64,000 bases of DNA from Eledone cirrhosa (GCA_964016885.1 OZ024744.1:113832001-113896000); one strand, 5' to 3'; positions 12,454 through 30,400 are shown, numbered from the stretch's first letter. Notes: generated from the letters alone by a model not told the origin. Program-made: numbers and translations.

Positions 12454-15400
12454 CAGACATCCGAGACCACATTACAGTACTGCTACCACATCTAGGACAG
12501 TGTTGTTACATACAGACATCCTAGACCACATTACAGTACTGCTACCACATCTGGGACAGTGTTCTTACATACAGACATCCTAGACCACATTCCAGTACTG
12601 CTACCACATCTAGGACAGTGTTGTTATATACAGACTTCCTAGACCACATTACAGTACTGCTAGAAACATCTGGGACAGTGTTGTCACATACAGACATCCT
12701 AGACCACATAGTACTGCTACCACATCTAGGACAGTGTTGTTACATACAGACATCCTAGACCACATTACAGCAATGCTACCACATCTGGGAGGTGTTGTTA
12801 TATACAGACTTCCTAGACCACATTACAGTACTGTTATCACACCTAGGACAGTGTTGTTACATACAGACATCCTAGATCACATTACAGTAATGCTACCACA
12901 TCTAGGACAGTGTTGTTACGTACAGACACCCTAGACAACATTACAATACTCCTACCACATCTGGGACAGTGTGGTTACATACAGAGATGCTAGACCACAT
13001 TACAGTACTGCTACCACATCTGGGACAGTGTGGTTACATACAGACATCCTAGACTACATTACAGTACTGCTACCACATCTAGGACAGTGTTATATACAGA
13101 CATCCTAGACCACATTACAGTACTGCTACCACATCTAGGACAGTGTTATATACAGACATCCTAGACTACATTACAGTACTGCTACCACATCTGGGACAGT
13201 GTTATTACATACAGACATCCTAGACCACATTACAGTACTGCTACCACATCTGGGACAGTGTTGTTACATACAGATATCCTAGACCACATTACAGTACTGC
13301 TACCACATCTGGCACAGTGTTGTTACATACAGACATCCTAGACAACATTACAGTACTGCTACCACATCTGGGACAGTGTTGTTACATACAGACATCCTAG
13401 ACAACATTACAGTACTGCTACCACATCTAGGACAGTGTTGTTACATACAGAGATCCTAGATTACATTACAGTACTGCTACCACACCTGGTACAGTGTTGT
13501 TAAATACAGACATCCTAGACCACATTACAGTACTGATACCACATCTAGGACAGTGTTGTTAAATACAGACATCCTAGACTACATTACAGTACTGCTACCA
13601 CATCTAGGACAGTGTTGTTACATACAGACATCCTAGACTAAATTACAGTACTGCTACCACATCTGGTACAGTGTTGTTACATACAGAGATCCTAGATTAC
13701 GTTACAGTACTGCTACCACACCTGGTACAGTGTTGTTAAATACAGACATCCTAGACCACATTACAGTACTGATACCACATCTGGGACAGTGTTGTTATAT
13801 ACAGACATCCTGACCACATTACAGTACTGCTACCACATCAGGGACAGTGTTGTTACATACAGACATCCTAGACTACATTACAGTACTGCTACCACATCTG
13901 GGACAGTCTTGTTATATACAGACATCCTACACCACATTACAGTACTGCTACCACATCTGGGACTGTTGTTACATACAGACATCCTAGGCAACATTACAGC
14001 ATTGCTACCACATCTGGGACAGTGTTGTTACATACAGACATCCTAGACCACATTACAACATTGCTACCACATCTAGGATAGTGTTGTTACATACAGACAT
14101 CCTAGACTACATTACAGTACTGCTACCACATCTGGGACAGTGTTGTTACATACAGACATCCTAGACCACATTACAGCATTGCTACCTCATCTGGGACAGT
14201 GTTGTTATATACAGACATCCTAGACTACATTACAGTACTGCTACCACATCTAGGATAGTGTTGTTACATACAGACATCCTAGACAACATTACAGTACTGC
14301 TACCACATCTGGTACAGTGTTGTTACATACAGAGATCCTAGATTACATTACAGTACTGCTACCACATCTGGGACAGTGTTGTTAAATACAGACATCCTAG
14401 ACTACATTACAGTACTGCTACCACACCTGGTACAGTGTTGTTAAATACAGACATCCTAGACCACATTACAGTACTGATACCACATCTGGGACAGTGTTGT
14501 TATATACAGACGTCCTAGACTACATTACAGTATTGCTACCACATCTAGGACAGTGTTGTTACATACAGACATCCTAGACTACATTACAGTACTGCTACCA
14601 CATCTTGTACAGTGTTATTACATACAGACATCCTAGACCACATTACAGTACTGCTACCACATCTGGGACAGTGTTGTTACATACAGACATCCTAGACTAC
14701 ATTACAGTACTGCAACCACATCTGGCACAGTGTTGTTACATACAGACATCCTAGACAACATTACAGTACTGCTACCACATCTGGGACAGTGTTGTTACAT
14801 ACAGACATCCTAGACAACATTACAGTACTGCTACCACATCTAGGACAGTGTTGTTACATACAGAGATCCTAGATTACATTACAGTACTGATACCACATCT
14901 GGGACAGTGTTGTTATATACAGACATCCTAGACTACATTACAGTACTGCTACCACATCTAGGACAGTGTTGTTATATACAGATATCCTAGACTACATTAC
15001 AGTACTGCTACCACATCTAGGACAATGTTGTTACATACATACATCCTAGACTACATTACAGTACTGCTACCACATCTAGGACAGTGTTGTTACACACAGA
15101 CATCCTAGACAACATTACAGTACTGCTACCACATCTGGTACAGTGTTGTTACATACAGAGATCCTAGATTACATTACAGTACTGCTACCACATCTGGGAC
15201 AGTGTTGTTAAATACAGACATCCTAGACTACATTACAGTACTGCTACCACACCTGGTACAGTGTTGTTAAATACAGACATCCTAGACCACATTACAGTAC
15301 TGATACCACATCTGGGACAGTGTTGTTATATACAGACGTCCTAGACTACATTACAGTATTGCTACCACATCTAGGACAGTGTTGTTAAATACAGACATCC

Positions 15401-18400
15401 TAGACTACATTACAGTACTGCTACCACATCTGGGACAGTGTTATTACATACAGACATCCTAGACCACATTACAGTACTGCTACCACATCTGGGACAGTGT
15501 TGTTACATACAGACATCCTAGACTACATTACAGTACTGCAACCACATCTGGCACAGTGTTGTTACATACAGACATCCTAGACAACATTACAGTACTGCTA
15601 CCACATCTGGGACAGTGTTGTTACATACAGACATCCTAGACAACATTACAGTACTGCTACCACATCTAGGACAGTGTTGTTACATACAGAGATCCTAGAT
15701 TACATTACAGTACTGCTACCACACCTGGTACAGTGTTGTTAAATACAGACATCCTAGACTACATTACAGTACTGATACCACATCTGGGACAGTGTTGTTA
15801 TATACAGACATCCTAGACTACATTACAGTACTGCTACCACATCTAGGACAGTGTTGTTATATACAGATATCCTAGACTACATTACAGTACTGCTACCACA
15901 TCTAGGACAGTGTTGTTACATACAGACATCCTAGACTACATTACAGTACTGCTACCACATCTAGGACAGTGTTGTTACACACAGACATCCTAGACTACAT
16001 TACAGTACTGCTACCACATCTAGGACAGTGTTGTTACATACAGACATCCTAGACTAAATTACAGTACTGCTACCACATCTGGTACAGTGTTGTTACATAC
16101 AGAGATCCTAGATTACATTACAGTACTGCTACCACACCTGGTACAGTGTTGTTAAATACAGACATCCTAGACCACATTACAGTACTGATACCACATCTGG
16201 GACAGTGTTGTTATATACAGACATCCTGACCACATTACAGTACTGCTACCACATCAGGGACAGTGTTGTTACATACAGACATCCTAGACTATATTACAGT
16301 ACTGCTACCATATCTGGGACAGTCTTGTTATATACAGACATCCTACACCACATTACAGTACTGCTACCACATCTGGGACTGTTGTTACATACAGACATCC
16401 TAGACAACATTACAGCATTGCTACCACATCTGGGACAGTGTTGTTACATACAGACATCCTAGACCACATTACAACATTGCTACCACATCTAGGACAGTGT
16501 TGTTACATACAGACATCCTAGACTACATTACAGTACTGCTACCACATCTGGGACAGTGTTGTTACATACAGACATCCTAGACTACGTTACAGTACTGCTA
16601 CCACATCTGGGACAGTGTTGTTACATACAGACATCCTAGACCTCATTACAGCATTGCTACCTCATCTGGGACAGTGTTGTTATATACAGACATCCTAGAC
16701 TACATTACAGTACTGCTACCACATCTAGGATAGTGTTGTTACATACAGACATCCTAGACAACATTACAGTACTGCTACCACATCTGGTACAGTGTTGTTA
16801 CATACAGAGATCCTAGATTACATTACAGTACTGCTACCACATCTGGGACAGTATTGTTATATACAGACATCCTAGACTACATTACAGTACTGCTACCACA
16901 TCTAGGATAGTGTTGTTACATACAGACATCCTAGACAACATTACAGTACTGCTACCACATCTGGTACAGTGTTGTTACATACAGAGATCCTAGATTACAT
17001 TACAGTACTGCTACCACACCTGGTACAGTGTTGTTAAATACAGACATCCTAGACCACATTACAGTACTGATACCACATCTGGGACAGTGTTGTTATATAC
17101 AGAGATCCTAGATTACATTACAGTACTGCTACCACACCTGGTACAGTGTTGTTAAATACAGACATCCTAGACCACATTACAGTACTGATACCACATCTGG
17201 GACAGTGTTGTTATATACAGACATCCTGACCACATTACAGTACTGCTACCACATCTGGGACAGTGTTGTTACATACAGACATCCTAGACTACGTTACAGT
17301 ACTGCTACCACATCTGGGACAGTGTTGTTACATACAGACATCCTAGACCACATTACAGCATTGCTACCTCATCTGGGACAGTGTTGTTATATACAGACAT
17401 CCTAGACTACATTACAGTACTGCTACCACATCTAGGATAGTGTTGTTACATACAGACATCCTAGACAACATTACAGTACTGCTACCACATCTGGTACAGT
17501 GTTGTTACATACAGAGATACTAGATTACATTACAGTACTGCTACCACATCTGGGACAGTGTTGTTAAATACAGACATCCTAGACTACATTACAGTACTGC
17601 TACCACATCTGGTACAGTGTTGTTACATACAGACATCCTAGACCACATTACAGTACTGCTACCACACCTGGTACAGTGTTGTTAAATACAGACATCCTAG
17701 ACCACATTACAGTACTGCTACCACATCTGGGACAGTGTTGTTACATACAGACATCCTAGACTACATTACAGTACTGATACCACATCTGGGACAGTGTTGT
17801 TATATACAGACATCCTAGACTACATTACAGTATTGCTACCACATCTAGGACAGTGTTGTTACATACAGACATCCTAGACCACATTACAGTACTGCTACAT
17901 CTGGGACAGTGTTGTTACATACAGACATCCTAGAGCACATTACAGTACTGCAACCACATCTGGCACAGTGTTGTTACATACAGACATCCTAGACAACATT
18001 ACAGTACTGCTACCACATCTGGGACAGTGTTGTTACATACAGACATCCTAGACAACATTACAGTACTGCTACCACATCTAGGACAGTGTTGTTACATACA
18101 GAGATCCTAGATTACATTACAGTACTGCTACCACACCTGGTACAGTGTTGTTAAATACAGACATCCTAGACTACATTACAGTACTGATACCACATCTGGG
18201 ACAGTGTTGTTATATACAGACATCCTAGACTACATTACAGTACTGCTACCACATCTAGGACAGTGTTGTTATATACAGACATCCTAGACTACATTACAGT
18301 ACTGCTACCACATCTAGGACAGTGTTGTTACATACAGACATCCTAGACTAAATTACAGTACTGCTACCACATCTGGTACAGTGTTGTTACATACAGAGAT

Positions 18401-21400
18401 CCTAGATTACATTACAGTACTGCTACCACACCTGGTACAGTGTTGTTAAATACAGACATCCTAGACCACATTACAGTACTGATACCACATCTGGGACAGT
18501 GTTGTTATATACAGACATCCTGACCACATTACAGTACAGCTACCACATCAGGGACAGTGTTGTTACATACAGACATCCTAGACTACATTACAGTACTGCT
18601 ACCACATCTGGGACAGTCTTGTTATATACAGACATCCTACACCACATTACAGTACTGCTACCACATCTGGGACTGTTGTTACATACAGACATCCTAGACA
18701 ACATTACAGCATTGCTACCACATCTGGGACAGTGTTGTTACATACAGACATCCTAGACCACATTACAACATTGCTACCACATCTAGGATAGTGTTGTTAC
18801 ATACAGACATCCTAGACTACATTACAGTACTGCTACCACATCTGGGACAGTGTTGTTACATACAGACATCCTAGACCACATTACAGCATTGCTACCTCAT
18901 CTGGGACAGAGTTGTTATATACAGACATCCTAGACTACATTACAGTACTGCTACCACATCTAGGATAGTGTTGTTACATACAGACATCCTAGACAACATT
19001 ACAGTACTGCTACCACATCTGGTACAGTGTTGTTACATACAGAGATCCTAGATTACATTACAGTACTGCTACCACATCTGGGACAGTGTTGTTAAATACA
19101 GACATCCTAGACTACATTACAGTACTGCTACCACACCTGGTACAGTGTTGTTAAATACAGACATCCTAGACCACATTACAGTACTGATACCACATCTGGG
19201 ACAGTGTTGTTATATACAGACGTCCTAGACTACATTACAGTATTGCTACCACATCTAGGACAGTGTTGTTACATACAGACATCCTAGACTACATTACAGT
19301 ACTGCTACCACATCTGGGACAGTGTTATTACATACAGACATCCTAGACCACATTACAGTACTGCTACCACATCTGGGACAGTGTTGTTACATACAGACAT
19401 CCTAGACTACATTACAGTACTGCAACCACATCTGGCACAGTGTTGTTACATACAGAGATCCTAGACAACATTACAGTACTGCTACCACATCTGGGACAGT
19501 GTTGTTACATACAGACATCCTAGACAACATTACAGTACTGCTACCACATCTAGGACAGTGTTGTTACATACAGAGATCCTAGATTACATTACAGTACTGC
19601 TACCACACCTGGTACAGTGTTGTTAAATACAGACATCCTAGACTACATTACAGTACTGATACCACATCTGGGACAGTGTTGTTATATACAGACATCCTAG
19701 ACTACATTACAGTACTGCTACCACATCTAGGACAGTGTTGTTATATACAGATATCCTAGACTACATTACAGTACTGCTACCACATCTAGGACAGTGTTGT
19801 TACATACATACATCCTAGACTACATTACAGTACTGCTACCACATCTAGGACAGTGTTGTTACACACAGACATCCTAGACAACATTACAGTACTGCTACCA
19901 CATCTGGTACAGTGTTGTTACATACAGAGATCCTAGATTACATTACAGTACTGCTACCACATCTGGGACAGTGTTGTTAAATACAGACATCCTAGACTAC
20001 ATTACAGTACTGCTACCACACCTGGTACAGTGTTGTTAAATACAGACATCCTAGACCACATTACAGTACTGATACCACATCTGGGACAGTGTTGTTATAT
20101 ACAGACGTCCTAGACTACATTACAGTATTGCTACCACATCTAGGACAGTGTTGTTACATACAGACATCCTAGACTACATTACAGTACTGCTACCACATCT
20201 GGGACAGTGTTATTACATACAGACATCCTAGACCACATTACAGTACTGCTACCACATCTGGGACAGTGTTGTTACATACAGACATCCTAGACTACATTAC
20301 AGTACTGCAACCACATCTGGCACAGTGTTGTTACATACAGACATCCTAGACAACATTACAGTACTGCTACCACATCTGGGACAGTGTTGTTACATACAGA
20401 CATCCTAGACAACATTACAGTACTGCTACCACATCTAGGACAGTGTTGTTACATACAGAGATCCTAGATTACATTACAGTACTGCTACCACACCTGGTAC
20501 AGTGTTGTTAAATACAGACATCCTAGACTACATTACAGTACTGATACCACATCTGGGACAGTGTTGTTATATACAGACATCCTAGACTACATTACAGTAC
20601 TGCTACCACATCTAGGACAGTGTTGTTATATACAGATATCCTAGACTACATTACAGTACTGCTACCACATCTAGGACAGTGTTGTTACATACAGAGATCC
20701 TAGATTACATTACAGTACTGCTACCACACCTGGTACAGTGTTGTTAAATACAGACATCCTAGACCACATTACAGTACTGATACCACATCTGGGACAGTGT
20801 TGTTATATACAGAGATCCTAGATTACATTACAGTACTGCTACCACACCTGGTACAGTGTTGTTAAATACAGACATCCTAGACCACATTACAGTACTGATA
20901 CCACATCTGGGACAGTGTTGTTATATACAGACATCCTGACCACATTACAGTACTGCTACCACATCTGGGACAGTGTTGTTACATACAGACATCCTAGACC
21001 ACATTACAGCATTGCTACCTCATCTGGGACAGTGTTGTTATATACAGACATCCTAGACTACATTACAGTACTGCTACCACATCTAGGATAGTGTTGTTAC
21101 ATACAGACATCCTAGACAACATTACAGTACTGCTACCACATCTGGTACAGTGTTGTTACATACAGAGATACTAGATTACATTACAGTACTGCTACCACAT
21201 CTGGGACAGTGTTGTTAAATACAGACATCCTAGACTACATTACAGTACTGCTACCACATCTGGTACAGTGTTGTTACATACAGACATCCTAGACCACATT
21301 ACAGTACTGCTACCACACCTGGTACAGTGTTGTTAAATACAGACATCCTAGACCACATTACAGTACTGATACCACATCTGGGACAGTGTTGTTATATACA

Positions 21401-24400
21401 GACATCCTAGACTACATTACAGTATTGCTACCACATCTAGGACAGTGTTGTTACATACAGACATCCTAGACCACATTACAGTACTGCTACCACATCTGGG
21501 ACAGTGTTGTTACATACAGACATCCTAGAGCACATTACAGTACTGCAACCACATCTGGCACAGTGTTGTTACATACAGACATCCTAGACTACAATACAGT
21601 ACTGCTACCACATCTGGGACAGTGTTGTTACATACAGACATCCTAGACAACATTACAGTACTGCTACCACATCTAGGACAGTGTTGTTACATACAGAGAT
21701 CCTAGATTACATTACAGTACTGCTACCACACCTGGTACAGTGTTGTTAAATACAGACATCCTAGACTACATTACAGTACTGATACCACATCTGGGACAGT
21801 GTTGTTATATACAGACATCCTAGACTACATTACAGTACTGCTACCACATCTAGGACAGTGTTGTTACATACAGATATCCTAGACTACATTACAGTACTGC
21901 TACCACATCTGGGACAGTGTTGTTAGATACAGACATCCTAGACTACATTACAGTACTGCTACCACATCTAGGACAGTGTTGTTACATACAGACATCCTAG
22001 ACTACATTACAGTACTGCTACCACATCTAGGACAGTGTTGTTACATACAGACATCCTAGACTACATTACAGTACTGCTACCACATCTAGGACAGTGTTGT
22101 TACATACAGACATCCTAGACTAAATTACAGTACTGCTACCACATCTGGTACAGTGTTGTTACATACAGAGATTCTAGATTACATTACAGTACTGCTACCA
22201 CACCTGGTACAGTGTTGTTAAATACAGACATCCTAGACCACATTACAGTACTGATACCACATCTGGTACAGTGTTGTTATATACAGACATCCTAGACTAC
22301 ATTACAGTACTGCTACCACATCTGGGACAGTCTTGTTATATACAGACATCCTACACCACATTACAGTACTGCTACCACATCTGGGACAGTGTTGTTACAT
22401 ACAGACATCCTAGACTACGTTACAGTACTGCTACCACATCTGGGACAGTGTTGTTATATACAGACATCCTAGACCACATTACAGCATTGCTACCTCATCT
22501 GGGACAGTGTTGTTATATACAGACATACTAGACTACAATACAGTACTGCAACCACATGTCGGACAGTGTTGTTACATACAGACATCCTAGACTACATTAC
22601 AGTACTGCTACCACCTCTGGGACAGTGTTGTTACATACAGACATCCTAGACTACATTACAGTACTGCTACAACATCTGGGACAGTGTTGTTATATACAGA
22701 CATCCTAGACCACATTATAGTACTGCTACCACATCTGGGACAGTGTTGTTACATACAGACATCCTAGACTACATTACAGTACTGCTACCACATCTAGGGC
22801 AGTGTTGTTACATACAGAGATCCTAGACCACATTACAGTACTGCTACCACATCTGGGACAGTGTTGTTACATACAGACATCCTAGACTACATTACAGTAC
22901 TGCTACCACATCTGGTACAGTGTTGTTATATACAGACATCCTAGACCACATTACAGTACTGCTACCACATGTAGGACAGTGTTGTTACATACAGACATCC
23001 TAGACTACATTACAGTACTGCTACCACATCTGGGACAGTGTAGTTATATACAGACATCCTAGACCACATTACAGTACTGCTACCACATCTAGGACAGTGT
23101 TGTTATATAGACATCCTAGACCACATTACAGTACTGCTACCACATCTAGGATAGTGTTGTTACAACATACAGACACCTTAGACCACATTACAGTACTGCT
23201 ACCACATCTGGTACAGTGTTGTTATATACAGACATCCTAGACTACATTACAGTACTACTACCACATCTGGGACAGTGTTGTTATATACAGACATCCTGAC
23301 CACATTACAGTACTGCTACCACATCAGGGACAGTATTTGTTACATACAGACATCCTAGACTACATTACAGTACTGCTACCACATCTGGGACAGTCTTGTT
23401 ATATACAGACATCCTACACCACATTACAGTACTGCTACCACATCTGGGACAGTGTTGTTACATACAGACATCCTAGACCACATTACAACATTGCTACCAC
23501 ATCTAGGACAGTGTTGTTACATACAGACATCCTAGACTACGTTACAGTACTGCTACCACATCTGGGACAGTGTTGTTACATACAGACATCCTAGACCACA
23601 TTACAGCATTGCTACCTCATCTGGGACAGTGTTGTTATATACAGACATCCTAGACTACATTACAGTACTGCTACCACATCTAGGATAGTGTTGTTACATA
23701 CAGACATCCTAGACAACATTACAGTACTGCTACCACATCTGGTACAGTGTTGTTACATACAGACATCCTAGACTACATTACAGAACTGCTACCACACCTG
23801 GTACAGTGTTGTTAAATACAGACATCCTAGACCACATTACAGTACTGATACCACATCTGGGACAGTGTTGTTATATACAGACATCCTAGACTACATTACA
23901 GTATTGCCACCACATCTAGGACAGTGTTGTTACATACAGACATCCTAGACTACATTACAGTACTGCTACCACATCTGGGACAGTGTTATTACATACAGAC
24001 ATCCTAGACCACATTACAGTACTGCTACCACATCTGGGACAGTGTTGTTACATACAGACATCCTAGACCACATTACAGTACTGCTGCCACATCTGGGACA
24101 GTGTTGTTACATACAGACATCCTAGACAACATTACAGTACTGCTACCACATCTAGGACAGTGTTGTTACATACAGAGATCCTAGGTTACATTACAGTACT
24201 GCTACCACACCTGGTACAGTGTTGTTAAATACAGACATCCTAGACTACATTACAGTACTGATACCACATCTGGGACAGTGTTGTTATATACAGACATCCT
24301 AGACTACATTACAGTACTGCTACCACATCTAGGACAGTGTTGTTACATACAGATATCCTAGACTACATTACAGTACTGCTACCAGATCTAGGACAGTGTT

Positions 24401-27400
24401 GTTACATACAGACATCCTAGACTACATTACAGTACTGCTACCACATCTAGGACAGTGTTGTTACATACAGACATCCTAGACTAAATTACAGTACTGCTAC
24501 CACATCTGGTACAGTGTTGTTACATACAGAGATCGTAGATTACATTACAGTACTGCTACCACACCTGGTACAGTGTTGTTAAATACAGACATCCTAGACC
24601 ACATTACAGTACTGATACCACATCTGGGACAGTGTTGTTATATACAGACATCCTGACCACATTACAGTACTGCTACCACATCAGGGACAGTGTTGTTACA
24701 TACAGACATCCTAGACTACATTACAGTACTGCTACCACATCTGGGACAGTCTTGTTATATACAGACATCCTACACCACATTACAGTACTGCTACCACATC
24801 TGGGACTGTTGTTACATACAGACATCCTAGACAACATTACAGCATTGCTACCACATCTGGGACAGTGTTGTTACATACAGACATCCTAGACCACATTACA
24901 ACATTGCTACCAGATCTAGGACAGTGTTGTTACATACAGACATCCTAGACTACATTACAGTACTGCTACCACATCTGGGACAGTGTTGTTACATACAGAC
25001 ATCCTAGACTACGTTACAGTACTGCTACCACATCTGGGACAGTGTTGTTATATACAGACATCCTAGACCACATTACAGCATTGCTACCTCATCTGGGACA
25101 GTGTTGTTATATACAGACATCCTAGACTACAATACAGTACTGCAACCACATGTCGGACAGTGTTGTTACATACAGACATCCTAGACTACATTACAGTACT
25201 GCTACCACATCTGGTACAGTGTTGTTACATACAGACATCCTAGACCACATTACAGTACTGCTACCACATCTGGGACAGTGTTGTTACATACAGACATCCT
25301 AGACTACATTACAGTACTGCTACCACATCTGGCACAGTGTTGTTACATACAGACATCCTAGACCACATTACAGTACTGCTACCATATCTGGGACAGTGTT
25401 GTTATATACAGACATCCTAGACCACATTACAGTACTGCTACCACATCTGGGACAGTGTTGTTACATACAGACATCCTAGACCACATTACAGTACTGCTAC
25501 CACATCTGGTACAGTGTTGTTATATACAGACATCCTAGACCACATTACAGTACTGCTACCACATCTGGTACAGTGTTGTTATATACAGACATCCTAGACC
25601 ACATTACAGTACTGCTACCATATCTGGGACAGTGTTGTTACATACAGACATCCTAGACCACATTACAGTACTGCTACCACATCTGGGACAGTGTTGTTAC
25701 ATACAGACATCCTAGACCACATTACAGTACTGCTACCACATGTAGGACAGTGTTGTTACATACAGACATCCTAGACTACATTACAGTACTGCTACCACAT
25801 CTGGGACAGTGTAGTTATATACAGACATCCTAGACCACATTACAGTACTGCTACCACATCTAGGACAGTGTTGTTATATAGACATCCTAGACCACATTAC
25901 AGTACTGCTACCACATCTAGGATAGTGTTGTTACAACATACAGACACCTTAGACCACATTACAGTACTGCTACCACATCTGGTACAGTGTTGTTATATAC
26001 AGACATCATAGACTACATTACAGTACTACTACCACATCTGGGACAGTGTTGTTATATACAGACATCCTAGACTACATTACAGTACTGCTACCACATCTGG
26101 TACAGTATTGTTACATACAGACATCCTAGACCACATTACAGTACTGCTACCACATCTGGGACAGTGTTGTTACATACAGACATCCTAGACTACATTACAG
26201 TACTGCTACCACACCTGGGACAGTGTTGTTATATACAGACATCCTAGACCACATTACAGTACTGCTACCACATCTGGGACAGTGTTGTTACATACAGACA
26301 TCCTAGACGACATTACAGTATTGCTACCACATCTGGGACAGTGTTGTTATATACAGACATCCTAGACAACATTACAGTACTGCTACCACATCAGGGACAG
26401 TGTTGTTACATACAGAGATCCTAGACCACATTACAGTACTGCTACCACATCTGGTACAGTGTTGTTACATACAGAGATCCTAGACCACATTACAGTACTG
26501 CTACCACATCTGGTACAGTGTTGTTACATACAGACATCCTAGACCACATTACAGTACTACTACCACATCTGGGACAGTGTTGTTACATACAGACATCCTA
26601 GACAACATTACAGTACTGCTACCACATCAGGGACAGTGTTGTTACATACAGAGATCCTAGACCACATTACAGTACTGCTACCACATCTGGTACAGTGTTG
26701 TTACATACAGACATCCTAGACCACATTACAGTAATGCTACCACATCTGGTACAGTGTTGTTATATACAGACATCCTAGACTACATTACAGTACTGCTACC
26801 ACATCTGGCACAGTGTTGTTACATACAGACATCCTACACCACATTACAGTACTGCTACCACATCTGGGACTGTTGTTACATACAGACATCCTAGACAACA
26901 TTACAGCATTGCTACCACATCTGGGACAGTGTTGTTACATACAGACATCCTAGACTACGTTACAGTACTGCTACCACATCTGGGACAGTGTTGTTATATA
27001 CAGACATCCTAGACCACATTACAGCATTGCTACCTCATCTGGGACAGTGTTGTTATATACAGACATCCTAGACTACAATACAGTACTGCAACCACATGTC
27101 GGACAGTGTTGTTACATACAGACATCCTACACCACATTACAGTACTGCTACCACATCTGGGACTGTTGTTACATACAGACATCCTAGACAACATTACAGC
27201 ATTGCTACCACATCTGGGACAGTGTTGTTACATACAGACATCCTAGACTACGTTACAGTACTGCTACCACATCTAAGACAGTGTTGTTACATACAGACAT
27301 CCTAGACCTCATTACAGCATTGCTACCACATCTGGGACAGTGTTGTTACATACAGACATCCTAGACTACGTTACAGTACTGCTACCACATCTGGGACAGT

Positions 27401-30400
27401 GTTGTTACATACAGACATCCTAGACCACATTACAGTACTGCTACCACATCTGGTACAGTATTGTTACATACAGATATCCTAGACTACATTACAGTACTGC
27501 TACCACATCTGGGACAGTGTTGTTAAATACAGACATCCTAGACTACATTACAGTACTGCTACCACATCTGGTACAGTGTTGTTACATACAGACATCCTAG
27601 ACTAAATTACAGTACTGCTACCACATCTGGTACAGTGTTGTTACATACAGAGATCGTAGATTACATTACAGTACTGCTACCACACCTGGTACAGTGTTGT
27701 TAAATACAGACATCCTAGACCACATTACAGTACTGATACCACATCTGGGACAGTGTTGTTATATACAGACATCCTGACCACATTACAGTACTGCTACCAC
27801 ATCAGGGACAGTGTTGTTACATACAGACATCCTAGACTACATTACAGTACTGCTACCACATCTGGGACAGTCTTGTTATATACAGACATCCTACACCACA
27901 TTACAGTACTGCTACCACATCTGGGACTGTTGTTACATACAGACATCCTAGACAACATTACAGCATTGCTACCACATCTGGGACAGTGTTGTTACATACA
28001 GACATCCTAGACCACATTACAACATTGCTACCAGATCTAGGACAGTGTTGTTACATACAGACATCCTAGACTACATTACAGTACTGCTACCACATCTGGG
28101 ACAGTGTTGTTACATACAGACATCCTAGACTACGTTACAGTACTGCTACCACATCTGGGACAGTGTTGTTATATACAGACATCCTAGACCACATTACAGC
28201 ATTGCTACCTCATCTGGGACAGTGTTGTTATATACAGACATCCTAGACTACAATACAGTACTGCAACCACATGTCGGACAGTGTTGTTACATACAGACAT
28301 CCTAGACTACATTACAGTACTGCTACCACATCTGGCACAGTGTTGTTACATACAGACATCCTAGACCACATTACAGTACTGCTACCATATCTGGGACAGT
28401 GTTGTTATATACAGACATCCTAGACCACATTACAGTACTGCTACCACATCTGGGACAGTGTTGTTACATACAGACATCCTAGACCACATTACAGTACTGC
28501 TACCACATCTGGTACAGTGTTGTTATATACAGACATCCTAGACCACATTACAGTACTGCTACCACATCTGGTACAGTGTTGTTATATACAGACATCCTAG
28601 ACCACATTACAGTACTGCTACCACCTCTGGGACAGTGTTGTTACATACAGACATCCTAGACTACATTACAGTACTGCTACAACATCTGGTACAGTGTTGT
28701 TACATACAGACATCCTAGTCTACATTACAGTACTGCTACCACATCTGGGACAGTGTTGTTACATACAGACATCCTAGACTACATTACAGTACTGCTACCA
28801 CATCTGGTACAGTGTTGTTATATACAGACATCCTAGACCACATTACAGTACTGCTACCACATGTAGGACAGTGTTGTTACATACAGACATCCTAGACTAC
28901 ATTACAGTACTGCTACCACATCTGGGACAGTGTAGTTATATACAGACATCCTAGACCACATTACAGTACTGCTACCACATCTAGGACAGTGTTGTTATAT
29001 AGACATCCTAGACCACATTACAGTACTGCTACCACATCTAGGATAGTGTTGTTACAACATACAGACACCTTAGACCACATTACAGTACTGCTACCACATC
29101 TGGTACAGTGTTGTTATATACAGACATCATAGACTACATTACAGTACTACTACCACATCTGGGACAGTGTTGTTATATACAGACATCCTAGACTACATTA
29201 CAGTACTGCTACCACATCTGGTACAGTATTGTTACATACAGACATCCTAGACCACATTACAGTACTGCTACCACATCTGGGACAGTGTTGTTACATACAG
29301 ACATCCTAGACTACATTACAGTACTGCTACCACACCTGGGACAGTGTTGTTATATACAGACATCCTAGACCACATTACAGTACTGCTACCACATCTGGGA
29401 CAGTGTTGTTACATACAGACATCCTAAACGACATTACAGTATTGCTACCACATCTGGGACAGTGTTGTTATATACAGACATCCTAGACAACATTACAGTA
29501 CTGCTACCACATCAGGGACAGTGTTGTTACATACAGAGATCCTAGACCACATTACAGTACTGCTACCACATCTGGTACAGTGTTGTTACATACAGAGATC
29601 CTAGACCACATTACAGTACTGCTACCACATCTGGTACAGTGTTGTTACATACAGACATCCTAGACCACATTACAGTACTACTACCACATCTGGGACAGTG
29701 TTGTTACATACAGACATCCTAGACAACATTACAGTACTGCTACCACATCAGGGACAGTGTTGTTACATACAGAGATCCTAGACCACATTACAGTACTGCT
29801 ACCACATCTGGTACAGTGTTGTTACATACAGACATCCTAGACCACATTACAGTAATGCTACCACATCTGGTACAGTGTTGTTATATACAGACATCCTAGA
29901 CTACATTACAGTACTGCTACCACATCTGGCACAGTGTTGTTACATACAGACATCCTACACCACATTACAGTACTGCTACCACATCTGGGACTGTTGTTAC
30001 ATACAGACATCCTAGACAACATTACAGCATTGCTACCACATCTGGGACAGTGTTGTTACATACAGACATCCTAGACTACGTTACAGTACTGCTACCACAT
30101 CTGGGACAGTGTTGTTATATACAGACATCCTAGACCACATTACAGCATTGCTACCTCATCTGGGACAGTGTTGTTATATACAGACATCCTAGACTACAAT
30201 ACAGTACTGCAACCACATGTCGGACAGTGTTGTTACATACAGACATCCTACACCACATTACAGTACTGCTACCACATCTGGGACTGTTGTTACATACAGA
30301 CATCCTAGACAACATTACAGCATTGCTACCACATCTGGGACAGTGTTGTTACATACAGACATCCTAGACTACGTTACAGTACTGCTACCACATCTAAGAC

